Shown here: positions 12,831-25,544 of the stretch, in pieces
Position numbering within the stretch: the stretch's first letter is position 1
Layout of the letters: every line of letters starts with the position of its first letter
From: Octopus bimaculoides
Lineage: Eukaryota
DNA: 64,000 nucleotides
Reading direction: 5' to 3'
Assembly: GCF_001194135.2 (NCBI RefSeq)
Contig: NC_068995.1
Location: forward strand, 53,926,844-53,990,843
Notes under the pieces: model-generated
Database searches by the model: none
Told to the model about the DNA's origin: nothing
The model's input: the letters and a program-made list of their open reading frames with translations, nothing else
Program-made: the position numbers and the translations under genes

Positions 12831-13510
12831 TTACACATTCAGATTATTTATTAACTGTAATATTGTGAATATTGTGTATTTAGTAGACATGCTCTTTGCA
12901 TTTTTAAATGCAAGGACCCTAGTAGGCATGTTACTAACCAAATCATGAATATTCTCTCGCAGAATTTCTTGCCATGTTTCATGCAGTAATCTCAAAAGAT
13001 CTGGCTTTGACGATGCATACTTGTTCCTTTTATGAAGCACTAAGTCCGTTAGGTCCCAGTGGTGTTCAATAATGTTCGTATCTGTTGACTGGGTTTTTAA
13101 TGTCATTTTCATTTGCGTGATTTTAGCCGTGTGACAAGGAGCTCCATCTTCCATAAACAAATCCTTTCACCACTGGAGAAGATTGGAAGGAGTCCTTTAA
13201 GCAATATGAATTTATGTTTATCTGAATTTATGTTTCCTTAAACTCCTCCAGCTCGGATCAGCCATTGCTAGAAATTGATCCCCAGACAATCACAAAATAG
13301 CTGCCGTGTTTCTTTGTTGGCTGAAATATTTTCTCACCAAATTCTTGATCACAGAGTTTCCTGACTCACACTCGATCAGGACATACAGAAATTTTGACTC
13401 ATCAAAGAATACGACAGTGTCCCAAAATGCTAGTGGCTTTTCCACCATCTTGCTGACCCAGACTTCTCTTCGCTTGATGTTGACTGGTCAAAGAAGTAGT
13501 TTTCTTCTTG
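12831..13510 (-). pseudogene. Tc1-family (DD34E-type) transposase remnant
   Basis: Minus strand: ARRKLLL*PVNIKREVWVSKMVEKPLAFWDTVVFFDESKF..., KHGSYFVIVWGSIS, then EDGAPCHTAK...TNIIEHHWD...TWQEI...LVSNMPTRV.AFKNAKSMSTKY. Contains stops and frameshifts. Confidence 0.9.
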
Positions 13511-13568
<58 letters not shown>

Positions 13569-14311
13569 CCATAGTGATATAGGAACAAACATTCACAGGA
13601 ACACACAAACGTATATACATATAAAAAGTTTGTTTTATGTAAAGTCTATGTAAAAGTTTGTACGAGAAGTGAATGGAACTTAAACATTGATAGAGAATTC
13701 AATCCCATTTGTGGGGCACCCTATCCTTTATATCTAATTTTGGCTTCCTAGTAATAATCAGACTTTTGATCGTAATATCACCTGTATGAATTGTAATAGG
13801 AATTCATGTAAACAATATTCAAATCAGTGATCAAAATCATTCATCAGAATATCACTCATAAAAAGACTGTATCCATTTATAATACTTCAATAGCATTTAT
13901 ACTGAAATCATAATAACAATGAAAAATATCTATAATATATCTTATGAATATTTTAGAAACCAATAATTACTAAGATCTGAGAAATCATATCTATTCTTGG
14001 GACTTCTGTAGCTGCTATCTTCCATAACACAAAGTCAATGTAATTCGTTTATTAATTCATTCTACTTTACGTTATTCTTCTCAAAACCTAAACTAGAGAC
14101 TTTCATAATAATATAGAAATTAATATAAAGTACAGTATTCACGATGAGATTTTATTTTCAACAAATACTTTTCTTCGATAGAGCGAAAAAACAACTATCA
14201 CTTGTGTTGCGGAAAACGCAATAGAGTTACGATAGGTCTACTCATTCGTGAGATTCTGTCCTTCTTCTTTAAAACCCAAAAATTGATTATTCATTTTCAA
14301 ACAAAATAAAA

Positions 14312-14353
<42 letters not shown>

Positions 14354-14354
14354 C

Positions 14355-14393
<39 letters not shown>

Positions 14394-14798
14394 TTATAGA
14401 TTGTCACACATTATTTCGGCTTCTTAGGACTGCTAGGAAAAATTAGCTATCATAGCACACTGATAGAGGTTAACGCAGTGATTAAAATAATTTTAAGAAA
14501 TACAAAGCATAGTTCAACAAGTGCAACAAGCTAGAAGGGGAAATAAATAGATACAATGTACACCCTAAGACAACAATATTATACTACCTGCGACATTCCT
14601 GATTCACGGTGTAGTGTTTGGGATTTACTTTCTCGGGGTGATTGCATGGTAATTTCCGTCATTTTTTAAAACTTCCTGCACAATACCCAATCCCCTTTTA
14701 AATATTCCTGATGAAATTCTATGGGTAGAAATTGAATGTATGTCGTTGACAGCATAAACACACACAGAGACACACACTCACACACACACTCACATACA

Positions 14799-14847
<49 letters not shown>

Positions 14848-15128
14848 TCACATACACTCACACACACACACTCACACACACACAAAATACTGATATGTCT
14901 GTGTAAATATGTGCATATATACGCATATATGTATGCATATGTATATGTGCATATATGTATATATATCTGCATGTATGTATGCATGTATATATATACTTAT
15001 ATATACTTATTCTTTCATGTACTGTATTGATCTTTAGAATAAAGTTTTTATGATATATTTTCTAGAGGGTATGAATTATATTTATCATTATTGAATTATT
15101 TAATTGTTGTTTTTCTCTAAATTATATA

Positions 15129-15182
<54 letters not shown>

Positions 15183-15356
15183 CATGTATATATACACATA
15201 TATATATGTATATATAATGTATTATGTATGTATGTATACGTGTGTGTATTGTGTGCGTGTGCGTTCATGTTAAGTTAAGAGTATATGTACCCCACCACCG
15301 ATAGAACAATATTATCTGATGAGTCAGAAAGTTTCCTTCACAATCTTTTTCCACAG

Positions 15357-15461
15357 ATAGCACTTTTAAACATGTCTCTTGTATTACTAAGTTGGCTGGT
15401 TCTATAGACGTACTTAGAAGAGGATTACTTTCGGAAAGTAACTTTCTCAGGGGAATTACAG
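15357..15461 (+). CDS. Candidate internal exon of an unidentified gene (phase 1-1, 105 bp)
   Basis: Acceptor aatctttttccacag, donor CAG|gtatgt. Open frame (D)STFKHVSCITKLAGSIDVLRRGLLSESNFLRGIT. No homology recognised. Confidence 0.35.
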
Positions 15462-15526
15462 GTATGTATATTCCATGAACTTGCTTATTTTAAAATTCTT
15501 TTACGCAGTTTTAAACTACTTCCTAG

Positions 15527-15633
15527 ATTACAGTTCGGAATTTTTGTGTGTTTTCCATGATAAATTTATCTCGCTATATAAACCTCCGTCTGAAGATTCC
15601 CTGTTCAATGCCTCAGTGCTTGAGATTCAATAA
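15527..15633 (+). CDS. Candidate terminal exon following a 65-nt intron
   Basis: Acceptor aactacttcctag (in-frame alternative at 15508). Phase-compatible frame DYSSEFLCVFHDKFISLYKPPSEDSLFNASVLEIQ*. AATAAA at 15722-15727. Confidence 0.3.
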
Positions 15634-16299
15634 GATACTTTTTCTTATATGTATGATACACAACCAAATACTGCAGTACTTCAAATCATTCAAACAGTCC
15701 TGTAAAAGCTTTTTACTTTTAAATAAAGTGTTTTTTACACTATGTATACATTATGTACGGGCTATGGAATGTGGTTTCAAAGGAGAAGGTTTATATGAGA
15801 TGAACTTTTAAGTACACCATCAAAGTTACTATCTTACTTGATCCAACTCTCAGAAACACTGCAGAATGTTGCACAGTTTCCTGTATTCTAAAATCAATAA
15901 ACCGATATCAAATAAAACCTGTAAATATTTGTGTGATGTAGGGAACTTGAATAAAAGTCAAATTAAAAAAAAATCAATTCGTTTGTATTACCTTGGAAAT
16001 ACGTCGAAATTGCAACGGCTTCTTCATAGTGTGACAAATAATATGATATTTTTTCAGGCTATCAGATCTCGTTACAATTCATGCAGGACGTGGAAGACAA
16101 GTAACAAATATGATGGTCTCCCATGGAGTACAAGTAACAGTAAGATGAAAATTGTGTAAAAAAAAATCTCCACGAATTAGGTTAAACACAAAACTCTCCT
16201 ATCATACCAAGAGACTGAACGATCTAATGTTTTCAGAAGCAGTGCTAGTCTGAAGGAAAACGGGTTATGAACTGACTGTCCAAAACAATATACATTGAA

Positions 16300-17200
16300 T
16301 TAATATACACAACATAAATTGCGTATTACATTACCTCTGTGGTGTACTGCCGAGAAAATACACATCTTTCAATCAGGATTTCCAGAATTATTGTCGACAA
16401 AATTTTCTTGGAATTACAATAACATTGGAAAGTTGTGTTGTATAAAGACACTTAGTCACCAAATTTCAACGGGCCCGAGAAAATATTTATATGACATGTA
16501 TAGGAAACTTAATTTCATTTTTAAAATTATTTGTAATAATCTCAAAAACTATAATACTTTAGAGATGTTAACGTGAAAAAATCGGTGTATTTTAGTGCAA
16601 ATACATTGTACATTTTTCTCATATACCCGTAATTCTGCGATAAATCTAAATGCAAGAATGATAAAATAGAGTAAAATTGTATACAATTAAAACGAAAGTA
16701 TTACTGAAACCATATTGTAATTTTATTGAGATTTAGCAGCTCTTTCTAACTGGTAGAATGAATGAGTTGTAGACATCTGTTGTGAGATCGTTTTGAACCT
16801 TTGTATCCAGCTGTTTGAGAAATCGCAAATGGCACACAAGTAGGATTGATCGTTAATCCTATCATTTGTTTGAACTTTATTGACAACATAACTTGTATAA
16901 CAAAATAACAAAAAGTGTCTACTCTGCATACTTGAAGCTGGATATGATAAAGATAATCTTTAGTGAAATTCTTCTGTGCAAGCTTGATGCATTTAGATAT
17001 AAAATAATCATTGCTAAAGTTCACCCAATGTTAGAAAAGGCGAATAAATTTAATGATTCTCAGAAGAGACACAACCTTCCTAGATTAATTGGAAAACCTG
17101 GACATGCAACACGAAGTCACTAAATACGTTTATTCAATCATATTTAGCTGGTTTAGAGAGGAAGAAAAAAAAATAATTGTCCATTCAAATTGGTGTGAAA
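16300..17200 (+). mobile_element. Possible very old CR1/L2-like LINE RT remnant
   Basis: Scattered, frameshifted motifs in the expected order: FQSGF (cf. QSGFR), LSNW*N.*VV (cf. FLSNRKQRVV), GTQVGLIVNPIICLNFIDNI (cf. GVPQGSVLGPLLFLIYINDL), EKANK/LMILRRDTTFLD (cf. KANR.LG.IRR.F.FLD). Matches are weak. Confidence 0.3.
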
Positions 17201-17501
17201 CTTAAAGCCACGAGAGATATTACTTTCGAAACGCATGAAATCAATCTTGGCAGTGATAATTATCACAACAACGAAATCTGCGTAGCAGGACTGGGGATAT
17301 TTGCATATATCTTGGCGCAGATGAAAAATTGTAATATAGCCGATATACTAGCGTGCTTTCCAGTCATAGCGATCAAGCTGAATAATCAACCTGTGGGATA
17401 GAAATGTCTGATCTTAGGCTCTCAGACCTGTCAGATTTGAGTCAAATGCCAAAGTGATGTTAGAAAATTGATCAGATTAATATACAAACACATTCATGCA
17501 T

Positions 17502-17539
<38 letters not shown>

Positions 17540-17548
17540 CTATATATT

Positions 17549-17657
<109 letters not shown>

Positions 17658-18214
17658 GTGCTATGAGAGTAGTTTATACTTGCATACTTCAATATACACA
17701 TGAATAGATACACGCAATTTTACATGCGTAAAGAATACATTTATGTGCGAGTTACAGAAGCGTCAAAGGTTTTCTATGAACAATCTGTGAATGAAAGATA
17801 TATAAAGTACACACGATTTTTGATTCCCGTGATTTTTCCTAAGATATCAGCTTTATAAATGAGGTACTTGCCATTAAAAAAGATGTCGTCAAGGATAGCC
17901 ACGTATCATTTAACGCGATAGATGCGGAAGTGAAAGAAAAAAAAACAAGAAAACATCCGTTAAATGTATCTTTTATATCTGCTTACTGGCTTTCTCTAGC
18001 GTCCAAGCAGGAACCCGTTGCAAAGCTTAACAGGTGCATTCTAATAACTACTCTACGGTAATATATGATATTTAACAACCTCAGAAACTATGAACGTATA
18101 TATATATTTCTGCATATGCATGTTTATATAAGTATGCAAGCGATTATATATANNNNNNNNNNNNNNNNNNNNNNNNNNNNNNNNNNNNNNNNNNNNNNNN
18201 NNNNNNNNNNNNNN

Positions 18215-18255
<41 letters not shown>

Positions 18256-19827
18256 ATGTGTTGGCGTAGGAATGATTAATTAATCTAAAATTTCTCTTCG
18301 TAATTGTGCGCATACAAGTTCGATCACAATAAGGGGCAACTCATGTACATAGCTTCAGGTCTACCCATGACCGACGTGCGAAACTGATAAACGTGGAAGC
18401 CTATCACATAAATTGTACTCATATTTCGAAAAGTGTCTATGTTCCGTGACCTTCATCATAAGTTACTATATTAAGCTGAAAAAACTTTTAGGCTTATATG
18501 CGACATCTTTTAATAATTTCAAAAGAATGTAGATTATCTGTGTAAAGTGAAAAACGGAAAAAAAAAACATTCTCAGGAACAATGATAGAAAAGAAGCAAA
18601 AAGTAACAGAGAAATACTACTGCAGCGCTTCAACTAAGACAATGAACATAAAGTAACGAAACGAAACATACACACGCACATATTTCGCAATGGCAAAACT
18701 CAAATCAACGCAGAACGTAAATAAACAATGACTAAAAGAATAATTTTGTACTAAAACAGTTTAAGATTCTTTTTTTGTTCTCTTTCACTATAAATATCAA
18801 ATGACAACAACTGATCAATTTCTTTTATTTATTGCGAAAAACCTGGTTTTGAAACGCGTGAACGTTTCTAAACACACACAGACACACACACACACACACA
18901 CACCCATGCACATACACTCACAAAAACATAAACACACATGCACACACACATATGGACACACAAAGACGCACACGCACACACGCAGAGACAAACACATAAA
19001 CACACAGAGAAACATAAACACACACACCACACGGATACAAATCAACCAAGAACGAAGACAAATATAAAACCAAGCAGAAGCTAACAGTAAATCTATCAAC
19101 GAAGAAAGAATAGCTGCAAGTATATTTTCCTTTTCTATTATGAAATTCGAGTTGGACATAGTTGTGATATTCATTTTTATTAAGATAAAAACAAATATAT
19201 TTTCTTGCCTGAATGATTTATTATATTCTGTCTCAATAAAGAATTACAGCGGATAACTGAGCTGATTCGATAAGGTAATGAACAACGTGCAGAGAGAGAT
19301 TACCATTGAATATCTAGCAGGCAGTATTGTTTTCTTCACTTCGGCCTACTTGTTGTTTTATGAGATGCTTAAATGGAGAGGCAACTTTCCAGGATGAAGG
19401 TGGGGAATTAACGAAGGATTCTAGGCACCGTGTTCAATTCGTCCTGCGTTTTAGGTAAAATAGGCACAGGTCCTGTAAAGCATCTTTTCTGTGAGCACTC
19501 TACATCTTTATGAGAGTGACATGTCAGCATAACCAAGGGACAGTTCTACACCAGGAAACGTTCGCTCAGCAGAGAGCAATGAATGACAAGGCCATGTTTA
19601 TTGCAGCATATAAAGCTACAGTATTCAATTCGTCTTTTCACCTTTTCCCTTTTTACAGTCTAATTTGAGGGATATTTAGCTGATATTTCTCTTATGCGAG
19701 CCGACCATCTTGAAGACTCTCCGTGGGATCATCCTTACTGGTTCCTGAGAAGCATTATATCAGCAGATGATAGCAGCCCTGTAGCTGAAATAGTCCTTTG
19801 TTCGAATCCATCACACAGTAGTTGAAA

Positions 19828-20197
19828 CAGGGCGATTCAAAAGACGACAAAAATAGGAGACAATTTATTTTTTATAAGAAACAGTTTATAAGAACAGTTT
19901 TTTAAAATTTAACAGGCTCTATATGGTTACCATTGTTTTGAATACACATTGCAATACGTTTACCCAACTCATTGTGAACTCGTAATACCACATGTGGTGA
20001 TACGTGTGCGAATGAGTTGGTGATGCGTTCCTTCAAATGATTTATGTCTTTTATCTTTCCGCGATACACCATGCCTTCAAATGCCCCCAAAGATAGAAAC
20101 CAAAAGGGGTCAAATCAGGGAATCTATGAGATCTTATAAACTGTTTCTTATAAAAAAATGATTTTCCTATGTATGGAGATTTTTGAATCACCCTGTA
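19828..20197 (-). mobile_element. Internally deleted Tc1/mariner derivative (MITE-like, 368 bp) with about 66-bp imperfect TIRs
   Basis: Termini CAGGGCGATTCAAAA and revcomp CAGGGTGATTCAAAA; TA at 20196-97. Perfect 26-bp inner inverted repeat 19868-19893 / 20132-20157. Interior encodes FPDLTPFGFYLWGHLK/GMVYRGKIKDINHLKERITNSF...RIAMCIQNNGNHIE (transposase C-terminus, one frameshift). Confidence 0.88.
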
Positions 20198-20399
20198 GGG
20201 TCCCAATTGTTAAGAGATCGATCTGTTTATCTCTAAATATGAGAGGGCCATGTCTTATAATTGTGTAAACGTGAACAGCACAATTTCCGAAAGATTTGTT
20301 AGCTTCTACAGCATTTGAGTACTCTTTTCTACGTTTTGAAAATATGATTAACAGAGAACTTAAGCAATTAACAAAATAGAAAACTGTAACAAATGATTC

Positions 20400-20590
20400 T
20401 AGACTTCGGCACAAGGAAGGCAACTTTGTTGGAAGAGAGGGTTAGTCAAATTCAGCTAAACCACTATTCAAGGGGTATTTATATTATTGGCGCTGAAAAG
20501 AAGGTCAAAGCCGACCTCGGCATAACTTCGACTTAAAATATAATGACCGAGAAGAAATTCCGCTAAGCCTTTCGGTCGACGCATTAACAT
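20400..20590 (-). mobile_element. tRNA-derived SINE remnant (OR-like), degraded
   Basis: ctagacttcggcacaagg...gggttagtc...aaggtcaaagccgacctcggc...aaattccgctaagc matches family copies. Confidence 0.65.
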
Positions 20591-20850
20591 ATCTTACACC
20601 TAGAAGCCATAAACAAACAAGTTTAGAAGTATATTTGTTCTCACACACTCTCTATCTCATATACACAAGAAACTGCTGAAAATTCCCTGGCTTTGGGTAA
20701 AACAAAATACAGGAGGATCAGTTAATTATGGTTTCATACACTTATTGCACTGGTCCTTCACTTTTTTCTAAGCCCTGTAAAAAAGTGAATTTTTTACCTC
20801 CAGCCAGGCCTATCGTGAAACACTTAAAACCAGGTACCTTTCAATACCCC

Positions 20851-20891
<41 letters not shown>

Positions 20892-22566
20892 TACATTTTC
20901 AGGTTCGTGTAGAAGAATCTAAATACTGACAATGATACCTCACTTCGCAGCTTTCTCTACTGTTCACCATATTTTCATATCAGAATAACAAACTGTAAAA
21001 ACAACCTTAATTATAAATAATAATTGCTGGATTATTGCGAACAATAACGAGCATTGATTTTTATTTCTGCTTCAGGACACTCTTTTCTTCTTTTAAGCGC
21101 TTTTGAGAAGCCATTTGCAGCAGGACTTAGAAATATTTTACTCCAAAAGTATAAGATTCGAAAAGTGTTTGTCCGTATTTTATTGATGTTTTCTTTACTA
21201 ATGAAACCCGTTACTGAAAATGGAGTTCATTAGAAAATAATTGTTATGTCACACCGTAAGATACACGGATGCAACGTTCCTCTTCAGCTAGAATTTTACG
21301 TGTTATTTTTATATCAACGTGCATTTCATTTTTTCTATATTGTTAAAATATATTTTATTTTATGGTTCGCTGTCTTTCATGGCGCTCTAATTGCAGCATA
21401 TAAACCTGTCTGTAGGAATTACTTAAGAACGGTAGATTGAAATTAGATTGGATTCTTTTTGCTTTTATTTATTATACTTTTATTTCTTTGTGGCTGTATC
21501 CATTTTTTTATTATAATTATACTTGTGAACGATATTTAGTTCAGAAAGAGATTAAATTGAAGCCCCCGTATTAAAGATATACTAAACAAAGAAATTAAAA
21601 TAACAATATAGTTATATGCTTAATGACAAAAAAAAAAAAAAAAAAGCAATTAACTAAAATCCCAAGAACGGATTAGATCGTTTATTTTCTTTCCTTATTT
21701 TGAGACGCTAAAGTCATTTCTTTAATGCAAAATGTTGCCTGAAGCTAGAAAGGAAAAAATAGTGCATATTCTCCTGAAAGAAAAGATGCCGTTTAATGCA
21801 TGACGTTGCCCCGAGTTAAGAAAATGATGATTTCGTAGCGGAAAAAAAAGCATACAAAGAGTAAATCGCTATAAAATACATGAAAAACTCAGTAACAACA
21901 TCAGAAAGGTAAAAAAAAAAAATAAAAGAACACGAAAAGAAAACAATATGAAATCAAAATTTCTCCATGAAGATTAACGTAGAAACGTCTATTATCTTCA
22001 TTTTCAACATTTAATGTTCGGCTGTAATGGGGATAAAAGAGGTACAAATCCAAAGTGGGGAATTTTGAAAACTAATATTACCTTGAATCAAGTGCTCATC
22101 TATTTTTCTTTTCTACTTCAGAGCATATTTATTAATTTCAATCTTAATTGGAAGCCACAATATACCTCATAAAATATTTATTAATTTATTTTTAAGTGAT
22201 ATGTATCCATACCTGCATGATTACATATATACTTATACTATATAGATATTTATACGTGCGTGTGTGTGTACGTGTGTGAATGTGTGTGTGTATGTGTGTG
22301 TGCGTGCATATGGATCATGTATGTGAATAAACTCAACAGATCCATGGCTTAGGTCTCTAAATTAGTTTTTGTAATTTTTGTGAGCTCTAAGTAGCTATTG
22401 CAATTACTAACTGTAGTTGCCAACAATGAAGGGCACAATATTTTTCTTTTACTAGGCAAGTGCCATTTGACCTGCATAGTTCTGCTCTCATTAGATCCCC
22501 GCACAAACAGCTTCTTTACTATGTTCCTCGGTGTGTCGTTATTGTTTTGGATTGCTGCGTCATGAT

Positions 22567-22780
22567 GGCGAGCTTGGTAGAATCGTTAAATCCGACAGGC
22601 AAAATGCTTAGCAGCATTTTGTCCGTCTTTAATTTATGAGTTAAAATGCCACCGGGGTCCACTTTAACTTTCATCCTTTCGGGGGCAAGTAAATAAATAC
22701 TAGTTGAACACTGGGGTCATTGTAATGCACTTAAAAATCTTCCCTTGAAATTTCTAGCCTTGTACCAAATTTTGAATCAT
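22567..22780 (+). mobile_element. tRNA-derived SINE (OR-like), near full length
   Basis: Head ggcgagcttggtagaatcgtta (A-box-like), gagttaaaatgcc (degenerate B box), central ctttcatcctttcgggg...taaatactagttgaacactggggtc, tail ttctagccttgtaccaaattttgaatc. Confidence 0.85.
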
Positions 22781-24385
22781 ATATCGTGGTCAGCATATTT
22801 TTTAATCTGCTGTAAATAAATAATAACTATTTTTATTGACATATCTTATTCTATTTGCAGTTATTCTTTCATAAACATCCTACAGGTTCACACTTTGTAC
22901 ATTCTAAAGTGTGGGGGGAATAAGAAACCTCTTCGTTTTGTTTATATTTCTTTCTTCTCTGATTATTTTTTCATCTATATTGTAGTTTGCTGTCAATCTC
23001 CTCACAAGAATATTACCATCACTGTACTCTCAATATAGCTGATATCATTGAATAATGTTCAGCATTAAACTTGTTATAACTGAGAATGGGTAATAAAAAT
23101 TTTCTATTTATGGGGAATATGCAGGTGTCTAACTTTTAAAACAGAATACAAAATCTTTTACGTTCATTTTGTCATTTTGGTATCACCCCTCATCTACTTA
23201 GTGCCGGGCGTATGAACAGGTCGTAACTAGTATGGTTGGGTACTCCACCCAATGAACTTCCGGCTCTCTTGAATCTGTCACTAGAATTTCAGACAGAATT
23301 TTAGGCAACGGACAGGTTTATGATTTGTTGCTTCTACATGACATCATGGGCGAAAATCAATATCCATAACCTCCGGCCAAAACTTGCGATGAAAGTAAAT
23401 TCCAGTGGACAAAGACTGCAAACAAGCCTTCTGTGTGGACTTGACCAGCAATTCAAAGACCCAATACTATCACAAACACTCTTACGTTGTTTCTTTTCAA
23501 TTAGCCGTGAGATTCCAAATCACAAACAGGTTTCTTCAATGAGCAGAGATTAGCTAGATCTAACAGGTTGAAATTGAGTGATAGCCATTACACACACACA
23601 CACGCACACACACACACACACACACACTAACCTTTTTTAGACACATGTATGCATATTATTTTTATTTTTTTCCTGCTGAGTGCAATAAATATAAAAGTGC
23701 TCAACACAATATTTTGCTGGAAGTATGTAGAGCCGGATATATGTTAAATCGTGTGAAGTAAGCAGAGATTACATGACCAAACTATAATTTACATTCGATT
23801 CCCTATCCATTCAATCGTCGCATACGTCAGAGGATTGAAAAGGCATGGAAGAGAATGACTCTGATAGTGGTATGTAATCCCTAGCTATCACACAATAATT
23901 AATACAGGCACATATACCCGCGCCCTCACACTTACAAGCATACATTTGTATATGTGTGTGTTTGCAAGTATATACGTGTGCATGTTTCTATATGGGAACA
24001 TAGTTGATGGACGTATACAAACATATTTCTTTTGGGTGTTTCACTCTTTGAAGCTAAGGCAATGTTCAATCATGCTTATATTAACAGTATTTCACGAAAC
24101 GTTTTATTTCAGCAAGCTTCTCTTGTGAGCAACATTTATCCCATTGTTAAGTTCCATTCGAATGGAAAATTGACCACCTCAATTCCCTTCACTGATGCCG
24201 ATAATATCCTTCTACAATTCCCCTAACCTTATACGGAAATAACATGAATGTAAAGGCCCTGATTATCGCGGCAAAATGTGTCGACCAAACACTTTCCATT
24301 CCCAGTTGAAAGTCATATACTTCCCTTGCGCTCTTAATGCTCTCGATAAAAGCTTAAAAGGCACGTAATCTCATAGGTCTCTCTC

Positions 24386-24451
<66 letters not shown>

Positions 24452-25544
24452 TCGCTCCCTCTCACACTCTCACACTCTTGCGAATCTGAATCTTTGCCCG
24501 AAGTGCCTAATCAATATCATTGATCTGAATACCAGTCTTTGAATTGCAAAGGACAATACTGACTTATCGATATTCATTGCTGACTTTCAAACCGAAAATA
24601 TAAATCTACGTTTGATCAGTTTTCCGAAGTAGCCTAATAGTTTCCTATTTGTGTCTGTGTCATACTCTCATTTCCCATCCAAATCTATTAGCGTTTTTTT
24701 TTTCGTTCTTTTAGCAATATATTATCATTGAAGGTTGAGTATTTTGTAAGCGTCGTAGCAATTATATAGAAGCACGTTTTACTTGGTTGTTCTGTTAATC
24801 GTAGTTAGGTTTCATATCATAAAATCAATGTATTCGATTTCATTCACGAATACGAATACATTATGGGCGAGTGATGTCAAAAATCTTTGAAATCTCACAC
24901 TTTGTGTATATGAAACCCATTGAGGTTGTTTTTATGAGGATTTACGAAGAGCACCAGAAAGTGATAATCATAGATCCAGTGTGTTTTGAATTAAGAGTAA
25001 ACCAAAAATCTATACGTCTCTACGTCAGCATAGTTAAACGTTCACGAAAATGTATGAAGGAAAACAGATAAAAGCAACTGCATAGGCGTTCTTGGTATAC
25101 GATGTTAGTTTTAGTTTTTAAGGATCAAACGGAAAGTAAGAAGTGAGCAAATTTTGAGGAATTGCCCTTCATCGGAGAAAAACAGAGAAAAAGAAATGTA
25201 AATTGAAAACATTGTGTGAAATTTCTTTTACCAACACCATTCTATGGCATCCTCAAAACATTTATTTTCTTTTACCTCTGCGATTGATAGAGGCTGAGAT
25301 TAATATGTGGAACGTGGATTACACCCTATTTCCTTCTTACATCGTTAAACTAGTACGAAATATGTGTTTGTTTTCATTGCTTATGCTTTAGTGATAACTT
25401 TTCTCACCAAACAATAAAATTAACAATGCTTCCTTATTTAATAGATATTTAACATATATGATCTTAAAAATGTAAATGAATGGTGACATAAGAAACATAA
25501 AGAAAATTAAAAAGATAACTATAAATAATTTCTGATGTTGCAGA

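Noticed and set aside
14704-14737. CTGATGA followed by a hairpin and GAAT
   Set aside because: GAAA box broken; no stem III or NUH arrangement.
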